DNA from: Anaeromyces robustus
Taxonomy: Eukaryota
Reading direction: 5' to 3'
Assembly: GCA_002104895.1 (NCBI GenBank)
Contig: MCFG01000220.1
Span: 62,001-114,120, forward strand
DNA: 52,120 nt
The notes under the pieces are model-generated. The model was not told the DNA's origin. It ran no database searches and was given only the letters and a program-made list of their open reading frames with translations. Position numbers and translations under genes: made by a program. Shown here in pieces: positions 45,839-52,120 of this stretch. Within the stretch, counting starts at the first letter, position 1. Each line of letters starts with the position of its first letter.

Positions 45839-46519
45839 CATTTTCCATTTCAATGTAAATTTGTGAATTTAATTTATGTAAATGTATGTAATGTAATGTA
45901 ATTACCAATTTTTTCATTATTATTAATTATAAAAATTCTTTATTAAATGATTATTAATAATATTATAATAAATAAACTTTTAAGTACTAAAAATTATTTC
46001 TTTTTTAATTTTATTATTTTATTATATTATTATATTATTATATTATATATTATAATTAAAATAAAATTAATTAATATGAAACTTTAACAAAATCTTTAGA
46101 TTATTGGTAACAAAATAAATTAAGTTTAGTTTTATATTAAAAAAAAGAAAAAAAGTATAAAAAAAAAAAAAATTATCTTTAATTAAATTATCTTTTTTAA
46201 TATAAAAAAATAGATATAAAGAATAAAAAAAAAAAAAAAAAAAAAAAGAAAAGTAAATAAATTATTCTCTTTAAATTCGGTATAAAAATCAAATCAAGAA
46301 TTAAACAGAATAATAGGTATTATTAATTAATAAAATAAAATAAAATAAATAAAAAAAGTAGATAAAAATTATTCATTAAAAAAAATAAATATAAATAAAT
46401 ATAAATAAAATTAAATTAAATTTAAAAAAATAAAAATATTAAATAAATATTTATTAAAAGAAAAAAAAAACAAATTTAATATAAAAATTAAATAAATAAA
46501 TAAATAAGAATAATTCAAT

Positions 46520-47470
46520 ATGGTTTCTTTTATGGGTACTACTCGTAGTTTAATAATTAAAACAGCAATGAAAAAAATGAAAAATAAAGATATTCCATTT
46601 GCTGATAGTTTAGCTAAATTTAATGAAAAACCTACAGAACATAAATTTAAAAAAGGTTATAAAATTACTTTCAAGAAAACACAAAATAAAAGTCGTTATC
46701 TTATTATTCAAAAAGATACCAGTGAAATAATTAAAAAAGTTGTTATTTTTATTCATGGTGGTTTTTATATTATGGGTTTAACTAGTGCTCATTATGATTT
46801 TGCTTATACACTTTGTAACTTGAAAAACGATCTTGCTGTTGTTTTAGTAGATTATTCATTAGCTCCAGAATTTGCTTATCCAACACAAATTAATGAAGTT
46901 ATGGATATATGGAAAGAATTAATAACATTATATAAACCAGAAAATATCGTACTTTGTAGTGAATCCGCCGGTAGTAATTGTTCTTTAGTTTTACTTCAAA
47001 AACTTGCCAATGAAAAGAAAGCTTTACCAAAAGCAGCTATATTCATTTCACCAATGACAGATTATACTTTATCTGGTGAAAGTTATTCTAAAAATTATCA
47101 AAAAGATATTTTCTTTGGTAATTCAAACGAACCTTTAACTGATGAAAGTTTTGAAAAACTTAAAAATTCAGAAATATATACTTATTATTTAGGAAAGGAT
47201 ATAGATAGAAAAGATCCTTCAGTATCACCACTCTTTGGTAATTTTACTATTTTCCCAAAATCACTTTTCATTGTTAGTAATAATGAAATGTTATTAAATG
47301 ATACTTTAAATGTGGTTACTAAAATAAAAAAAGAAAATAAAGATACTAATGTTGAATGTTATGTTCAAGAAGGTATGTATCATTCCTATGTTTTAGGTTC
47401 AACTTGGATTCCAGAATGTAAATTAGCACAAGATAAACTTAAATCATATATCTTGGAAAATTTATATTAA
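46520..47470 (+). CDS. Alpha/beta hydrolase fold-3 (HSL-family) esterase/lipase, intronless, diverged copy C
   Basis: 316-aa ORF colinear with copies A and B (MVSF.. to ..SYILENLY); HGGFY, variant elbow CSESAGS, NNEML, GMYH. Confidence 0.92.
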   Translation: MVSFMGTTRSLIIKTAMKKMKNKDIPFADSLAKFNEKPTEHKFKKGYKITFKKTQNKSRYLIIQKDTSEIIKKVVIFIHGGFYIMGLTSAHYDFAYTLCNLKNDLAVVLVDYSLAPEFAYPTQINEVMDIWKELITLYKPENIVLCSESAGSNCSLVLLQKLANEKKALPKAAIFISPMTDYTLSGESYSKNYQKDIFFGNSNEPLTDESFEKLKNSEIYTYYLGKDIDRKDPSVSPLFGNFTIFPKSLFIVSNNEMLLNDTLNVVTKIKKENKDTNVECYVQEGMYHSYVLGSTWIPECKLAQDKLKSYILENLY

Positions 47471-47492
47471 TTTTTTTTAAAAAAAAAAATTA

Positions 47493-47523
<31 letters not shown>

Positions 47524-48003
47524 GAAAATGATACAGTTAATGATAACAATAATAATAATAGAAAATTAATAGTATATAATTTAAAGAATTAATAATAAAA
47601 TATTAATTCATACATATATATATATATTATATAACATTACTTATATATATTATATATATATCATGATATATTTATATAAATTATTGAAATAATTTATTTT
47701 TTTTTTTTAATTCATATTATATATTATTTATATTAAAATTATAATTTTAATGTTAATATAATTGTTTATTCTTTACTATTTTATCTTTTTATTATTTAAA
47801 AAAAGAAATAAAAGAAAAAGAAAAAAAGTAAAAGAAAAAGAAATATTTTAAAACATGTAAATAAAATTAAAAAGTTTTGTTACACAATGTTAATAATATC
47901 TTTCTTATTAAAATAAAATAAATAAAAAAAATAGTAAAAAAAAAAAAAATTAAAAAAAATTAAATTAAAAATAAATTAATCTAACCTTTAAAAATTTTAA
48001 ATT

Positions 48004-48035
<32 letters not shown>

Positions 48036-48530
48036 TTCAACAGTTATGATTTCTTAATTATAATTATAGTTTTAAAGGTTCTAAATACTCAACTTTAATA
48101 TTAACAATATCAGTAGTTATAATAATATTATTATAATAATAAACTTATATGTATAATCAATAATCAATTATATTATTTTACAACTTTTTTATGTACTAAA
48201 TATTTAATATTAATTATAATTTTTAAGATATTATATACTTTTTATATTATTAGTATTATTTAAATAACAAATAATTAAATAATGATACTAATAAATAGTT
48301 TTCAATTAAAATAAAATATTTACTACTTTTCAATTAAAATAAATGTTTGTAATTATATAAATAAATACTGTTCTATTAAGAAAAATAATATAAAGTAATC
48401 ATCTTTATTTTTTTCTTTTTTTTTTTTTTATTTATTTGTCTTCTTCTTTCTTTGTTATATTACTATTAACATTTATTATTTAATTATTTATCATTATTAT
48501 TACTTTCTTTTTTATTATTTATATATATAT

Positions 48531-48820
<290 letters not shown>

Positions 48821-50683
48821 TTGCCACTCAAATGAAAAACAACTTATATTATCATTTAATATTTATTATTTTTATTATTTATTAACATTTGTTAATCTAT
48901 TTTGTGTTTACACTTTTTTTGGCATATGATATCTTCTTTTTGAAACCACAAATTTACAATATATTACAATATTGAAATATAATGAATTTAAATATTTTTT
49001 GTATTAATTATAAATTAGTAATCTTTAAAAGTAAATTCTTTATTTTGTATCAAAAAACTTTAATTAGTAATATATTATTAATATATTTTGCAATATAATT
49101 AATATTCATAATCCATTTATTACTTATGCAAAAAAGGAATGAAAATTTTTTTTAAAAAAAAAATAAGTTATATATTAATATATATTAATAAATTATATTA
49201 ATTATATTATTTTTAATTATTTATTATAATTTTTTTTTTAAAAGACTATATAAAATGGACGATCCTTTTTTGGTAAATTTTGGTAATAAATAATAAATAA
49301 ATAAATAATAAATAATAAATAATAAATAATAAATAAATAATAAATAAATAAATAATAAAATAAATAAATAATTAATAAATAAATGGAATAATAAACATTA
49401 AATAAGTATTTATAATTGATAGTAATTATAAATAGACAAGTACTAAATATAACAAATATTAAATAATAATAATTATCTATCTATTGAGCTAATATATATA
49501 ATAAATATTAGTAATTAATGAATAAAATTAGTAATAAATATATATAATGACAATTATTAATTATATAATTTTTTTTTTGTTAAAAAATTTCTGATTTTAT
49601 TATATAAAGAATCTAATAATTATTTATTCATAACACAAAAAAGAGGCTTTAAGTACTCAATTATTACTAATATATAATAAATATATTTATTAATATATTA
49701 TTATAGTATTTATTACATTTTTATTTATTCATTCATTTACCTATTAATTTATTATTATTAATTTTAAATTTAATCATACTTATCTAATAATTTCAGTATA
49801 AAATTAATATTAATAAATATTTAAACGTAATACAATATAATATATTGTTTAAATATAATTTTTATATAGCATAATATAATAATAATATATAAATAAATTA
49901 AAATATTAGTAACTGACAAATAAGGAAAGTTTAAAATTTTGAAAAAAAAAAAAGATAAATTATTAATAATTTAATTATTTATTAATAATATTTAATTAAT
50001 CATTAGTATTTATTGGATGTAGTAATTATTTATTATAAAAATTTATAATTATTATTAATAAAATAAAGAAAAACAGAATAATAAATAAATGAATAAAATA
50101 TTAATAGACTAAATAAATGTTGGGATAATTATTAATAATATATTATTATAATAAATATAAAATATAAATAAATAGAATTAATAAATTATTCTTTAGAAAA
50201 AAAAGGAAAAGGTTTTAATATTATTAGTTAGTAATTATAATATATAGAATTACTATTTAATTACTAATATTATTATAAATCAATAAAATTTTATATTTCT
50301 TTCAAGTCAAAAAATTTCCTATAAAAAGGTCTTTTTTTTCCTTTTAAGTTCTTTTTTTTTTTTTTTCCCTAATATTTATTAAAATATTTTTTTTAATATA
50401 TATTAATAGTTAAAAAAAAGCATTAAGCAGAATATAATAAATAATATACCATTTTTTTTAAAAAATAGAAAAATTGTATTATTTATACTAGAAATAGTTT
50501 AAATAAACAATAAGCTTTGTAAAAAAAAAAGAAAAAGAAAAAAAAACTTATTTGAAAAGACTATTCAAATTTTGCGCTTTGTATCTTATTATTTTTATTA
50601 TTAAATTTTGATTTCTTTGATTTCGTATTTTCTTTAAAAAAAAAGTTTTATTTTATATTTATATTTATATATTTATCAAATAA

Positions 50684-52120
<1,437 letters not shown>

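Overview
Extremely AT-rich eukaryotic DNA with many GT-AG introns and microsatellites. The fungal dockerin domains and composition point to an anaerobic gut fungus (Neocallimastigomycota). Most real genes are intron-split and poorly represented in the ORF track, so I spliced them by hand. Contents in order: (1) a cellulosomal CE1 esterase (signal peptide, 2 dockerins, CBM13, esterase); (2) an 18-exon minus-strand gene with 5 MATH domains, an SH3 domain and a PSAP/PPxY tail; (3) two tandem intronless HSL-type alpha/beta hydrolases; (4) two divergently transcribed secreted LRR proteins with a Thr/Lys stalk and 3 CBM18 domains (14 and 35 exons), in which nearly every LRR is its own phase-2/phase-2 exon; (5) a hairpin-rich, possibly solo-LTR-like island and an unknown ORF with a probable frameshift; (6) a decayed third LRR-type gene interrupted by a 117-bp, ~50% GC fragment of bacterial recG; (7) a third, diverged hydrolase paralog; (8) polyubiquitin running off the window end. 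The best candidate for an undescribed system is the exon-cassette, chitin-tethered LRR family. Exon boundaries are manual and unverified by transcripts.
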